A DNA stretch of 64,000 nt from Lingula anatina (lineage: Eukaryota > Animalia > Brachiopoda). The translations under genes were made by a program, and so were the position numbers. The notes beneath the pieces are model-generated. The model was not told the DNA's origin and made no database searches. It saw nothing but the letters and a program-made list of their open reading frames with translations. Of this stretch, positions 25,564-37,000 are shown in pieces. The stretch lies in NCBI GenBank assembly GCA_051362555.1, contig CM120649.1, forward strand, positions 18,490,567-18,554,566. The letters run 5' to 3'. Numbering within the stretch: position 1 is the stretch's first letter; each line of letters begins with the position of its first letter.

Positions 25564-28500
25564 CTTATTTGCAATATTAAACAAAATTTACCTGCATAAT
25601 TATCACTGCTTCCTTATTATTAATCTAGCGGAGAGCTTAACCTTTGGGAGTTTACAGGGAAATATCAACAAGTGTGCTTTATGTAATCTCATTAAAAGAC
25701 CTATCAATTAGGCAAATGACTTTATAACTCTGAAATTAGCTAAGTGATACCCAAGGGAAATTTACAGACTGACCCTCTCAAAGGTCTTTCAGGCCCATAA
25801 GTCACATCTTAAGAAAAGCACAACACAATAATGTACAAAATAGGAGACTACCAATTCTGATGCAATAATACATTGTTTAACTGCACAGTCAATATCAAAT
25901 TTTAATTATGCACAACAGGTAACACTGACGAAAGTAAAAGCATAAGGCTTCATGCCCATCAGAGTTCAAGTTTATACTTTGAAAGTGCCAGAATGAGAAA
26001 AAATGAAAATTTCACACAAAATTGCATAAATTCAATAATAAAAGAATTGACCAATTGACCTGGCTTTCTAATTTGAACTGCATGCCAATCCTAAAAATCA
26101 TACTTGTATATTAAAAATAATAATAAGTAACACAGTTTTCTTTTCATAATGCTTGCAGTAGCAGTGCCAAAATTTTTTGTCAATTTTGATGTAACATTAC
26201 ATAATAATTTATAGAATAATTATCACCAATTTTTGACTATTGACTATAAATAGCAAGGACGTAGAAAATTTGATTACCATTCGGCTTTATGTCCATGGGA
26301 GTTCTGAGTCCCACAATGAATATTCCAAAAAGATAATAATGAATATTTCATTTAAATGTATAACTTCAAGAAAAAGAAGCTAATTAGACTGCTTTTCCAA
26401 CTCAGGCTGCATTTTAGTCCTGTGTTTCTTTTTTGAAAGTTTGACAGTCATAAGTAACATGGTTTTCCCATAATGGTCATCATGGCAGCAACACCAAAAA
26501 TTGTGTTTTCTTCTATTTTGATGCAACTTTACATAATGTTTAACAGTATCATGACCATCAATTTTTAATAATAAAATATAAGTATCATGGATATTCAGAA
26601 AATGTGATTAGCAAAGGTCTTCAGGACCATGGAACTTCAAAGTCACATCTTGAAAATGCCAAAATGTAAACAAGACAGCACTTTTCTGAAATGGGGCTAT
26701 TTCCATTTTTAACACTTTTTTAACATAAAACAAAATTAAGTTTACTGCCATTTTTATATGACCAACTAAGAAAATTGATGAGATGGGAAAAATATCAATA
26801 GAACAGTGTAAAATGTCCAATTTCCTCCATTCTGAGATTCTGAACATAGTGGATGATTGAATCTGACAAACTGCAATGATATGTGTTTATTTCCATTTTT
26901 GACACTTCATTACACAATACACGATAACAAATTTAACATCATTTTTACATAATCAACTGACAATGTTGTAAAGATGCAGGAAATGTCAAACAAACACTTT
27001 TACGTATCTTATTAGTTCAATAATGAGACTATTAACATGCCTAAGAATTGAATCTGAGGAAATGTGAAAAAAAAAACATAACTTCTAAAACAATGGCCCG
27101 ATTATGCTGATTTTCATACTCAACCTATGTTTTAGTAAGATTGACCACTCCTGTGAGTACAATGACAATTGGCCCATCTGTTTTTCTTATATTGTGTTAT
27201 CAGTGTTGCATATATGCTGAAAAAAAAATGAAAAAACAGCATAACTTCCATAAAAGTGGCTCTATCATGCTGATTTTTGAACTTGACCTGCGTATTAAAA
27301 ATACTCATCAGTTCTGCAAGTTTCAAACCAAAAGGTAAAACCGTTTTCCACTTATCGTGTTTACGGTGTTGCATATATGCTGAAAAAAGTGAAAAAACAG
27401 CATAAATTCCCTAAAAATGACCCGATCATGCTGATTTTCACACTTGACCGTCTATTGTGAATTTTCATCAGTTCTGTAACTTTCAAGCCAAAAGGTAAAA
27501 CGGTTTTCCACTTATCGAGTTTACAGTGTTGCATATATGCTGAAAAAAGTGAAAAAAAAGCATAACTTCCCTAAAAATGACCCGATCATGCTGATTTTCG
27601 AACTTGACCGGCTTATTATGAATATTCATCAGTTCTGTAACTTTCAAGCCAAAAGGTAAAACCATTTTCCACTTATCGTGTTTACGGTGTTGCATATATG
27701 CTTAAAAAAGTGAAAAAACAGCATAAATTCCCTAAAAATGACCCGATCATGCTGATTTTCACACTTGACCGGCGTATTATGAATACTCATCAGTTCTGCA
27801 ACTTTCAAGCCAAAATGTAAAACGGTTTTTCACTTATCGTGTTTACGGTTAAAGTGCACGCCAACGGCGACGGCAACAGCGACGGCGATGACAGACACAG
27901 ATGACAGCTATATGTACAGACACATCTGTGTCTGTACATAAAAAGGTGTGTGTGAGAGAGAGAGAGAGAGAGACTTTTTAAAAAGAATTTATTGTCAAAT
28001 GCAAAAAAAAAAACAACACAGAAAAAGACAATATGTACAATTTAAATACTTAAAATAAACACATGATACACATACAACTGTCAGTAAAAAAATGCACATT
28101 CCTATGCACAAAGTGTATTCTTCCAAAAGGCAATCTAAAGCTAAAACAACACTTACAATTAAAAACATAGAAGACAATTACAATACACTTACAACTGACA
28201 GAACATACAACAAAAATAGACAAACATATGAAAAAAATTCTAAAAGATATCTTTCATCCAATAAATATTCTCATCATGCAAAATCAGATGTTATCTGTTT
28301 TGGGACCAGAGTAAACAGTAATTCACAATCATTATGAAAAAGTTAATTAGTCCACTTAGTATTCTTAGCTGTTGGTTATAATTTCCATAACACTGTTCCT
28401 AATGAGAGGTCTAGTCCTGCATTTCTTAAATGAAAAATAATGGCAGACAACAGTTGCTCTCCACTTGTACATATAGCATGGTAATTTGCACTTCTGTACA

Positions 28501-31500
28501 TTCAAATGTTAGGTGTTGTTGATGCCTTCGAATTAAATCGCAACACGAGTTAAACCACTCAGTGAATTAAATCAATTGGCAACCCTTATGCTTTTTTTAG
28601 ATCGTAACTCTAAGAAACATGCTACATCCGGGCCCCTCACCTGCTCATAATTAAAGGAATTAACTAGAAAAGCACTCCGAGAGCACAGACCTCCACCAAG
28701 GCAGCAATTTATTATTATATAATAATAATAATATATTTATTTCGAGTCTAAAATCCATAAAATGTTCTGATCAATAGACTGTACAACATATATACAAAGA
28801 AGTATAGATAAAAATAGTTAAGATATATATTATATAAATCAGAACTAGACTAAATTGTAATAAACAGTAATAAAAGTAAAAAATCCAAGGTTTCTATAAT
28901 GTAAAGTTTAAAATTCATAAATAAAATGTCTTAAAAATGTGAGTTTTCAATTCCTTTTTAAAAGATTCTTGTGATTCTATTCGTCTAATAAAAATTGGCA
29001 ACTTATTCCACTCTACTGGTGCAGCTACACAAAATGATATGTCACCATATGTTTTTAACTTTGATTTGGGAACTTTCAGTAAAAGTTTGTCACCAGACCT
29101 CAGGGATCTTTGAGGGCTATAATGTTTTACTAGATCAGTTATATATGGTGGAGCTAGGTTATAAAAAGCAGCATGTGTAAAAACTAAAACCTTAAATAAA
29201 ATTCTGGCCCTAACTGGTAACCAGTGCAGCTGCTTTAAAATTGGAGTGATATGGCAATCCCTAGGCTGTAGCATTAAAAGCCGTGCTGAGATATTCTGGA
29301 TGTGTTGTAATCTTTTGATCTTATCATCTGGATAATAATAATAATATATTTATTTCGAGTCTAAAATCCATAAAATGTTCTGATCAATAGACTGTACAAC
29401 ATATATACAAAGAAGTATAGATAAAAATAGTTAAGATATATATTATATAAATCAGAACTAGACTAAATTGTAATAAACAGTAATAAAAGTAAAAAATCCA
29501 AGGTTTCTATAATGTAAAGTTTAAAATTCATAAATAAAATGTCTTAAAAATGTGAGTTTTCAATTCCTTTTTAAAAGATTCTTGTGATTCTATTCGTCTA
29601 ATAATAATTGGCAACTTATTCCACTCTACTGGTGCAGCTACACAAAATGATATGTCACCATATGTTTTAACTTTGATTTGGGAACTTTCAGTAAAAGTTT
29701 GTCACCAGACCTCAGGGATCTTTGAGGGCTATAATGTTTTACTAGATCAGTTATATATGGTGGAGCTAGGTTATAAAAAGCAGCATGTGTAAAAACTAAA
29801 ACCTTAAATAAAATTCTGGCCCTAACTGGTAACCAGTGCAGCTGCTTTAAAATTGGAGTGATATGGCAATCCCTAGGCTGTAGCATTAAAAGCCGTGCTG
29901 AGATATTCTGGACGTGTTGTAATCTTTTGATCTCATCATCTGGACATCCATATAAAACAGAATTGCATTAGTCCAACCTGGAAATTACCAATGAGTGTAT
30001 AACAGTAGCAGCAGATGATTGATTCAGATATTTCCTTATGGTGCCAATATTCCGAATGTTGAATAAACAAGGCCTTGTAATGTTAGAGATCTGTTTGTCC
30101 ATTGAAAGTGAAGAATCAAAGTATACTCCTAAATTTTTTACATGGGGGGAGGTTAGTGCCATACTAGCTCCAATTTTAAGTTGCAAGTTGTGAGCAAGGC
30201 CCTTGTTGTGGGGTTGAGTAATGACTAAAAATTCTGTTTTTCCATCATTTATCTTCAATTTGTTTCAAATGAGCCAACCTCTGAGGTCTGATATGCAATC
30301 AGCAATGGTGTTCACAGACAATGCTGGATCATGGATGTTACAAGATATGTACAACTGGGTATCATCGGCATAAAAGTGGTAACCTATCTTATGATAACGC
30401 AGAATTGCTCCAAGGGGTAACGTGTAAACACAAAACTTTAGTGGGCCAAGAACGCTCCCCTGAGGAACACCAAATAAAAGCTGTGAGAGTTCAGAAAGCA
30501 CACCATATGCATTTATATTAACTTGATGCATTCTCCCAACAAGATAGGATCGTAAAAAAATCTAAGGCCTTATCTCTAACTCCTACACTCTGCTCTAGAA
30601 ATGTCAATAAAATATTTATCATTGATTATTGATTGATTATTGATCTGGATCACCACCAAAACCTAATCACTTTTAAATTAACCCATTTCTGACCTACCCT
30701 GAAATTTAAATCAAAATCGGTCCATAACTTTTTGAGTTCTGTTGATGATTGATTTTTGATTACTGATTAATTATTGATCCAGATCACCACCAAAAACTAA
30801 TCACTTCTAAGTTAACCCATTTCCCACCTACCCTGAAAATTTCATCAAGATCCGTCCATTACTTTTTGATTTATATGTTGATGACAAACAGACAGACAGA
30901 CATGTCAGATAGACAAACAGGGGTGAAAACATAACCTCCTTGGCAGAGGTAACAATGGAATGTGTAGCTCTAGCAAGTAAAAAAACAATGTAATCAAATT
31001 ACAAATCAAAGCACAATGGGTACAAAACATTCTATTGCTCCCAGACAAGAGAAAATAAAGACCTTAGACTTACCCCTCCAGGGTATTGTTAGTTATATAA
31101 AGCAGTATCTTCCTGGAATGTTTCAAGGCATACTTTCTCTTTCCAAATACAGAGTCAATTTCAATCAACATACAAGTCACCCCTTGTCCTGCTAAATCTG
31201 GAAAAAATGTAAAATATATATGTTAGATATTCAACTTAAGATATACATGCACTTCACTAGAACTTACTTTATGTTATCATTTTAAACTACATGTAACATA
31301 AAGCATTTACTAGAAGAGTTTTAACTTTAAAATTAAAATTAGCTTCTCATTTACTAGTACGTACTGTTAAGTAGTATATTGTATTCCCTCACCTTTAAAG
31401 TACGTTCTACAACACAACTTGTAGCAGATTTCCTTGTATGAATATTACCATTACAATAGCAATTTAAATGACATTAATACATTAAATTTCTTGGTTCAAA

Positions 31501-32834
31501 TTATTGAACTGAGTGTTGCTCATCTGCACTAACCTTTAGATAGTTGTTCAACTTCTTTTCCGTCTCTTCCATCATAAACTATGGACACATCATATTTTTA
31601 CTTATTTACTGTTACACATAAGTAATATAATTGACTTACTTTCAACAATATGACCTGCCTCCAACATCATCCTGATTGGGAAATAATTTTATACTATAAG
31701 TTAACATGTTATGTGTTGAATGGCCATAAAACTTTTCTTAGTTCAAAGTATTAAAATGAGTTATACTAATCTCCACAAACCCTGAGATAGTTTTTCCACC
31801 TCCATCTCGTCTCTTTCGTCATAAAAAATGGAAACATCATATTCAATATCTTCCCCTGGAAATACACAAGTTATTTACTTATTATACTCATCTTGCACAC
31901 ACTTTGATAGGCAGATGTAGCCAAGATCACATTTGCTCTCAGCAGATAATCAAAGAAGTCCACTGTGTCTAAATTAATTGTCAGTTCCAATGCATTCACA
32001 AAAAAGATACATCAGATACATACTCTCTCATTCCAAATATATATAAAGTCTCTTTCAATTAACATACAAGTCACCCTTTGCCTTGCTGAATCTGGTAAAC
32101 AAATGCAAAATGAAAGTTATATTTTCAACTCTAGATGCACATGCATTTTGCTGGAATTTACTGAATGCATTCATTTTAAATTAATGTAATAAAAATAATT
32201 TGCCTGTAATTTGCTCCACTTCTCTCACTTTCTCTGCCATCACTGGAAATACACAAGGATTATATGAATGCTTCTTGTTTAGGTAAGTAAAATATTACAT
32301 ATTATTACATAACCTTTAATTCAATTAACTTCCCATGCATGAGAGCCTCAAAATTAAGAGCCACAGTTTCGGCATAAATTGCAAATGCTTACCACATCAG
32401 TAAGGCAATGTCCTTCGCCGCAGAAAAGGACCATATAATAGGAAATTAATAGGAAAAAACGCGATTTTGCATCAGCAAAAATCGTTCACTGCTCTGGGTA
32501 ACCATTATGCAGCGCTAACTGCATTCTGGGTAGATATATATGCGTGCACATCTCATGTAATCTCGCAATGTCAGCTGATGGTAGAACTTACATTCTACAA
32601 TATAACTTTGACCAGCCTTCCTTCACTGAGATTGTGAAATACATGTATATTATATTGGAATATCACTGCTACAGCAGCAATTAAACTGACATAAATAAAT
32701 TTCATGGTTCAAAATACTGGACTGGGTTATATTCATCTCCACAAACCTTTCAATAGTTGTTCTTTCTCCTTTTTATCCTTAGTGTCAAAAGCTATGGGCA
32801 CATCATGCTCCACTTCTCTCAGTTTCTCTGCCAT
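12670..32834 (-). CDS. Multi-TIR-domain protein built from a repeated A-B-C exon module; 3' end not seen in the window; possibly partly pseudogenised
   Basis: Exons in transcription order: A0 32836-32747 (ATG 32834), A1 31855-31781, B1 31197-31074, C1 24584-24397, A2 23741-23667, B2 23347-23209, C2 15780-15593, A3 14944-14870, B3 14568-14433, C3 13895-13708, A4 13219-13151, B4 12793-12670. Phases 1-2-1 are compatible and the joined frame is open. Motifs YDVSIFYD..D, L..QGVTC..ESD, SR..LLYIT..YL, PFWRYE, VIPVY, LP.PLRHL match TIR betaA to alphaE. Confidence 0.8.
13708..14944 (-). CDS. TIR module 3, exons A3, B3 and C3 (intact)
   Basis: 75+136+188 nt = 133 codons; ...HYLQHPFWRYEAERIKHEAMSQKKEVIHVYRDI...; all splice sites canonical. 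Confidence 0.82.
15075..15220. mobile_element. Old one-arm relative of the 9411 Harbinger MITE (second copy ~23875-24017)
   Basis: Similar to the 9455-9570 arm (tacatgaaag...gcctctcacac...ccccacac...attaaatctc). It sits at the same intron position in two TIR modules, so it predates their duplication. Confidence 0.65.
15593..23741 (-). CDS. TIR module 2, exons A2, B2 and C2 (split by the LTR element; C2 acceptor mutated)
   Basis: A2 23741-23667, B2 23347-23209, C2 15780-15593. The C2 acceptor reads ttttat instead of ttttag. Confidence 0.72.
15940..16310 (-). repeat. 3' LTR (371 bp)
   Basis: Direct repeat of 22452-22822 with no difference seen by eye. On the minus strand it has CCAAT boxes, TATATAA (~16130) and AATAAA (~16112). 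Confidence 0.95.
16311..16324 (-). other. Polypurine tract
   Basis: AAAAGGGGGGAGAG directly before the 3' LTR. Confidence 0.9.
16697..17365 (-). CDS. Extra ORF3 of the LTR element: acidic N-terminus, basic NLS-like patch, Cys/His zinc-finger-like domain, helical C-terminus
   Basis: Open frame of ~222 aa from ATG 17365, containing RRKKPRK, CGLC...RH..RHVKSVH, LPWY and CWYC...H...H; splice acceptor tttatttcag 2 nt before the ATG. Confidence 0.75.
   Translation of the reverse strand: MDDLDMLDEACFVPDYDDTDLVEDPTVLIGEEGEEVTHSKYRRKKPRKEVQCGLCLVSSADLSRHLGRHVKSVHLPWYMTPGLVCWYCRSMEKDNSLLRKRHGDVHLCGTGEFEEKLWIQLVNGFIHFLILTLNMRNIWELMDYVKSEGLIMLPDNCSKEDIDFVKMYIYGNGMEPKTEVLNSLLTLFHWRTLYHLLQKLSSEDRELSSHWYRRMEFTLLHG
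17521..17717. repeat. Tandem duplication, 2 x ~98 bp, inside the LTR element
   Basis: attattcaaataagacgcaaattc...tgtaatataaatc occurs twice. Confidence 0.9.
17802..19570 (-). CDS. pol: aspartic protease, degenerate dUTPase-like segment and reverse transcriptase; truncated before RNase H and integrase
   Basis: Motifs AVVDTAA, MLLGLKFL, WASPPVLIRKKDGSVRWCVDYRELN, MAMGLTNSPASF, VYLDD; ends at FLGKSISREGVG*. It is in the -1 frame relative to gag. Confidence 0.92.
19565..21512 (-). CDS. gag with N-terminal helix-hairpin-helix, coiled coil, capsid-like region and two CCHC knuckles; split by one extra A
   Basis: ORFs 21512-20862 and 20926-19565 join into ~648 aa if the A7 run at 20930-20936 is A6. 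Motifs: LNVQTASETELKNLKGIGPVKA, PSFSGNGRENWEAFVFKFE, CFKCGERGHVQRDC, CHKCGQRGHIQTNC. Confidence 0.88.
21961..22030. repeat. Three ~29-bp repeats, each with a CACGTG E-box, in the element's leader
   Basis: tacacgtggtc occurs three times, linked by tactactcag. Confidence 0.8.
22432..22449 (-). other. Primer-binding site, tRNA-Ser type
   Basis: TGGCGCAGTCGACAGGAT 2 nt after the 5' LTR; complementary to a tRNA-Ser-like 3' end. Confidence 0.8.
22452..22822 (-). repeat. 5' LTR (371 bp)
   Basis: Direct repeat of 15940-16310, adjacent to the PBS. Confidence 0.95.
24397..32834 (-). CDS. TIR module 1 (A0/A1, B1, C1), plus orphan exon remnants
   Basis: MAEKLREVEHDVPIAFDTKD...; DLAGQGVTCMLIEIDSVFGKRKYALKHSRKILLYITNNTLEG; LFSGYETERIVNEAMSQQMQVIPVYGDI. 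Remnants at ~32213-32245, ~32020-32091, ~31532-31598 and ~24627-24660. Confidence 0.68.
25226..25446 (+). mobile_element. Helentron-associated (HINE/DINE-like) short element
   Basis: Starts AACTAGAAAAGCACTC; subterminal inverted repeat ACCTCTGCCAAG; 3' hairpin CCTCCTTGGCAGAGGTAA. Confidence 0.72.
25499..25562. repeat. (TA)n microsatellite
   Basis: About 32 TA units. Confidence 0.98.
27075..27943 (+). mobile_element. HINE-like element with an internal ~160-bp satellite array
   Basis: Units start near 27239, 27400, 27560 and 27721, with a degenerate one at ~27075. They are followed by a (GACGGC)n tract, the hairpin TGTACAGACACA-TC-TGTGTCTGTACA and an A run. Confidence 0.78.
28663..30953 (+). 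mobile_element. HINE-like element (same family as 25226) interrupted by the LINE
   Basis: 5' end AACTAGAAAAGCACTCCGAGAG at 28663. The 3' part (~30620-30953) has an internal repeat, (GACA)n and CCTCCTTGGCAGAGGTAA. The flanks rejoin as in the paralogue at ~10575. Confidence 0.72.
28710..30615 (-). mobile_element. CR1/L2-group LINE, 5'-truncated, with its 3' ~610 bp doubled
   Basis: Motifs GVPQGSVLGP, FYADDTQLY, KINDGKTE, ITPILKQLHWLPV; stops and frameshifts; (TTA)n tails at ~28710-28732 and ~29332-29344. Confidence 0.92.
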
Positions 32835-33309
32835 CACTGAAAATACACAAGGATTATATGAAATTAAAATTTTTTACATCCAAATACTTGTGCTTTTATC
32901 TTAATATTTTATCTTAATATTATCTTTAGAGTCTGAACTGGAAAATGTAAAAAGTTTTACAAGACATGAATATGACTGTAGGCCACTTACAAACGTGTTG
33001 AGAGAATCTTTACACATACAGAATTTGAAAATCTCATAGTGTGTCTTTATAAAGTTCAACATTGTTTAATAAGAGCAAGACGCGAGAAAACTGTTCGCCG
33101 TCTCAAGGTACTGAACTTTTAATCAATACATTGTACCAACTCACTGAACAACTACCCTTTTACTGCGACCTGTCTGAGTTCATCTCTTTAGCTAAAACCT
33201 TTGTACTGTCATCACATCATTCCAATCAGGAAAAATGCATCTTTTACTGTTCAGCAATTTCATAAAAAACTTAACAAGGTAATTTCTCGGTTGCATACGC
33301 CCTAATAAT

Positions 33310-33321
33310 GAAAGCGAAAGT
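33310..33321. promoter_or_regulatory. IRF-E/ISRE-like motif upstream of the TIR gene start
   Basis: GAAAGCGAAAGT fits GAAA(G/C)(T/C)GAAA(G/C)(T/C). It lies beside a possible first-intron donor (33323), ~480 bp above the ATG. Confidence 0.35.
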
Positions 33322-33780
33322 ACCTGTAGCTCATAAACTTGTAGTAATTATACTCTGTCGCCGTTTCTTCACCATCCAGGTGTATCTACGTGACGCGTGC
33401 AATAAGATGTTAATAAAATCTCAGATACATGATCGCAGTAGGCTGTTCTTTCTTATCAGTTCTGACCTCCTAGCTCTTTATGAAATCCTGGGTAAATAAC
33501 ATAAATCTAGACCATGGCCAAAGTCTACTTCTATGCTATAACGTACAGCGATGAACGATGACGTATACCATGGGTTTAATATAAAATAGAATCTGGCACA
33601 GAGCCACCAATTGCAAATGTCACGTCCACTCCAGTGCGGGCTTATCATATCAAATGTTTCGGATTTGACACAGTCTGTACTGCTTTGAGTGTCAGGACCA
33701 CTGTAAAGCTAGCTTGCTAACTATCCGAACGTTTGCATGGGATAGCTTCACAGTTTTGTTAAACAGATTTAACCTCTTAA

Positions 33781-34100
33781 AGGGATAACAACTGTCCTTA
33801 TTATACCCATATATTTCACATTAAATAAATTGTAAACAACTCATAGAAATATAATAAATTCTATTTTACCACCAAAACAGAGGTTGACACAATATTATTC
33901 TGGAATTTGTGCTTGCCATCACATCACGTGACCTCCACAGAAGGCTATACTTTGTAGTAATCTCTAAAGAGAATATTACAAAAAACTTTTTGCTAAAAAA
34001 AAAGAAAACAGGGACTAACTATTAATGTCGGAATGGGTTCATTAACCACTGCATGGTAAGTATGGGGAAATTTAACCTGTAACTCAGGAAAATCTTTTTT
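33781..34100. mobile_element. Partial Kolobok-like MITE
   Basis: Starts AGGGATAACAAC and is collinear with 10022-10531 and 37001-37337. Confidence 0.7.
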
Positions 34101-35222
34101 TTTTTTTGGCCTTTAAATATTGTTTTCTGGAGTGTACCTGATGTTGATATTTCTATTGGTTCTTAATTATTGGAAATGGTTGCTGTTATGACTGACCAAT
34201 TATTTCACCCTAAAAGCAATCTTTAAAAATTTTATCAAAGGTCCAATCCAAGTGGAGAAAGGGGTAGATAAATGATTCGTGAATAGGACAAAATTATGTC
34301 CCGAGAATATCCACTTGGCAGGTCAATCTAATCAGGCCTGTTAGTGTCAACAGATGTGCAGTCCCTGTGATAAGAAAGTAGGGCACTGAGTGATACGTGT
34401 TGTGTCTGACATAAAGACATATGACCTCTTAAGATATCTTTATGTGGGACATAACATACATGTATTAGGCCTATATGTAGATACTGAGCATCTATGAATA
34501 AATCATCTAACAGGTCATTATGTGGACTAGGGACCTTCGCGACCTTACGTAAATCTGACACGAACTGTGGAATCTTTAGATTGCGTTATCTACTAAGTAA
34601 GACGAAAACGTATTGTCCTTTTTCGAGCCCATGCTTGAATTAAGCGTACAAAATAATAAGTTTAGGACATTCATTCCATATATGTATGAAAAGGTTCGTT
34701 ACATATATGACAGACTGGATGTGTTAATTTGTAAAGTAAGCTACTGGGTGCCCCGTTGAATCTATAACTAGACAGGACAAACATAGCAATTGATTATTTT
34801 ATTTATTTATTAATTTATTTTTATCTTTCTCCATTCACTTAACATTTTTTTTTTTTTTTTTGGAAGGGGGGGGGGGGGAGACTCCAAGGGACACTCCATG
34901 GGATTTTCTTGCCAAAATTTACATTCAGAGATTATCTCCACACTTTTGAAAATCGCCCAGTCATACTCGCGTCTTATAAAGCTTCTTATATTTCCACTGC
35001 GTTTCTCAATGAAAGACAAAAAAAAATTTAAATAAATGTTTATCAGAGGTGTACTTTGTTTTGTTATTTTCTTTTAAGTCTGTCTTTGGTAGCCATTTGC
35101 CAGCCTGCAACATTTGTATTATACACAGCACAGAGCTGCAATAAAAATTACCGTTTTCTTGTGTGAAAATGAGGCAATGTGCGTGACGACGGATATGGTT
35201 AAAATGACTGACCAGTCTTTTA

Positions 35223-35508
35223 AGACTGGGTTCCCATCCCTAGATCGATTTAACAGGATCAGTCCATCTCCACGGGGTTTCTCGCTAAATTGCTTTCAGC
35301 TTAGGTGGCTTAAATGTCTGGCATGCCTGCTTCAGTTGCAAAACGATAGTTTTAACTGAAGCTGCTACGGGGTAATTTACTAATTAAAATTAGTTAATTA
35401 CCCCCTAGCAGCTTCAGTAGGCATGACAGGCATATTGCAATTAAGCGAGAATCCCCTTGGAGATAGTTCAAACCAAAGTTAGTATGACAATCTCTGGGAA
35501 TGGTCTCT
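35223..35508. mobile_element. Foldback MITE, Harbinger-like (relatives at ~55716-55970 and 63986-64000)
   Basis: Internal palindrome actgaagctgcta.ggggtaatt...aattaccccctagcagcttcagt; shared AGACTGGGTTCCCAT end. Confidence 0.65.
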
Positions 35509-37000
35509 AAAACTAGAGTATCATAATGAATAATGAAAAAACTTCGAATCCAAGTGCAGGGACTGGTCCAGCAATAATTTGTGAGAGAAAATTGCTCTTT
35601 ATCTCAGGAAAATTCATTTTGGCAGGATAATTCCATGTTGTTGGCCTTAAATCTGAGGAAGTATCGTGTGCGATTCCCTGGGTACACTGCTGGGTTTTAG
35701 TCCACATATATCATTTTTTTACATTCAAAATGTCTCCATATGTTTGTTCATAAAAACATATCAAACATGCCCAGAGCATAAAAATATCGTTATTTATTTA
35801 TTCTGAAACATCTCAAGTTTTTGAAACTACCAGGTAAGATGTAGAATACTGACACAAAGGTCATTCCTGATACCCCAGTTACTAAAAAATTCCAAACCGC
35901 TCAATTGATTGTTTTCCTCTTTTAAGATTTATCATTTTTAAAAACTCAATTGTTTTCATCAACAGGAAACCTTGGACATAATACTTTTAATGTCCAAGAG
36001 GAAACCAACTAACTTTTCAAAACTTTAGTACCAGAATTTTAAAGAAATACTAATAGAACATTTTAAGCATTGGTAACAAACATTTTTAAAAAATACTTTT
36101 ACTTTATTCACGTTGTTTAAATTTACAAAGTAATGACCTAACTTAGTAGCACATGCACTGCTGCATTAATAAGAATACACCTAAGGGTCTCATAGCATAT
36201 AATATTCTTAGTTTCAACACTTTACTAATGGCAGTGTGTTATCTATGGAGGGTATACAGACAGGCATATAGCTTAAGAGAAATTTTGATAGAAAGAGCCT
36301 AGCAATACAAATTTGAAAACAAAAAATTATTTTGTACTACAAATAAATTTGTAATATCACTTGGTAAATATATTTAAGTAAAGGCTAATGTATTTTAACA
36401 TAGAATGACAAGGGGATGATGAAGTGGCAGTAATGAAAGCATATTTGTTGTCAAGTGGGAGTTTATCAGTAGCTTGGACTAAGGTTGAAAATGAACATGC
36501 TTTGTGCCAGTGGTACACCCGTTTTTGAACTAATTGTGCTCAATCTCTGATATATTTTTTGAAAAATTGTCCAAATCTACATGAGATCAAAATGCTTTGG
36601 GTTGTATCTTCTGACCATTATGATTTTTATTGTGGTTTAACAAAACTTCCCAGGAATGCCTGTCCCTTCCCCAGAAAAGTTAAACCTTTGTCATTTCTGT
36701 GCCTTCAGGAAAATACCATGCAGGTATATTCACACCTTCTTCAATATAATTATTTCACTATTTCATATAGGAGTGCATGGCATTTACAGAAATATATAAC
36801 AACAAGTTTCCCTCAAGAATATTTAAGTTACTTGTGTCTTAAAACAAAAATAGTGTTGAAGATCTTAGTTCTACAGTGAGGTAGTAATGAAATACGTCAA
36901 TCTCTTTCAAACCAAAGTAGACACAATTTCATGGACTTGTGACATGTTTTAAACTGAAGTGAGCAACCTTTTTTTAACATTCATAAATATACAGACTTAA

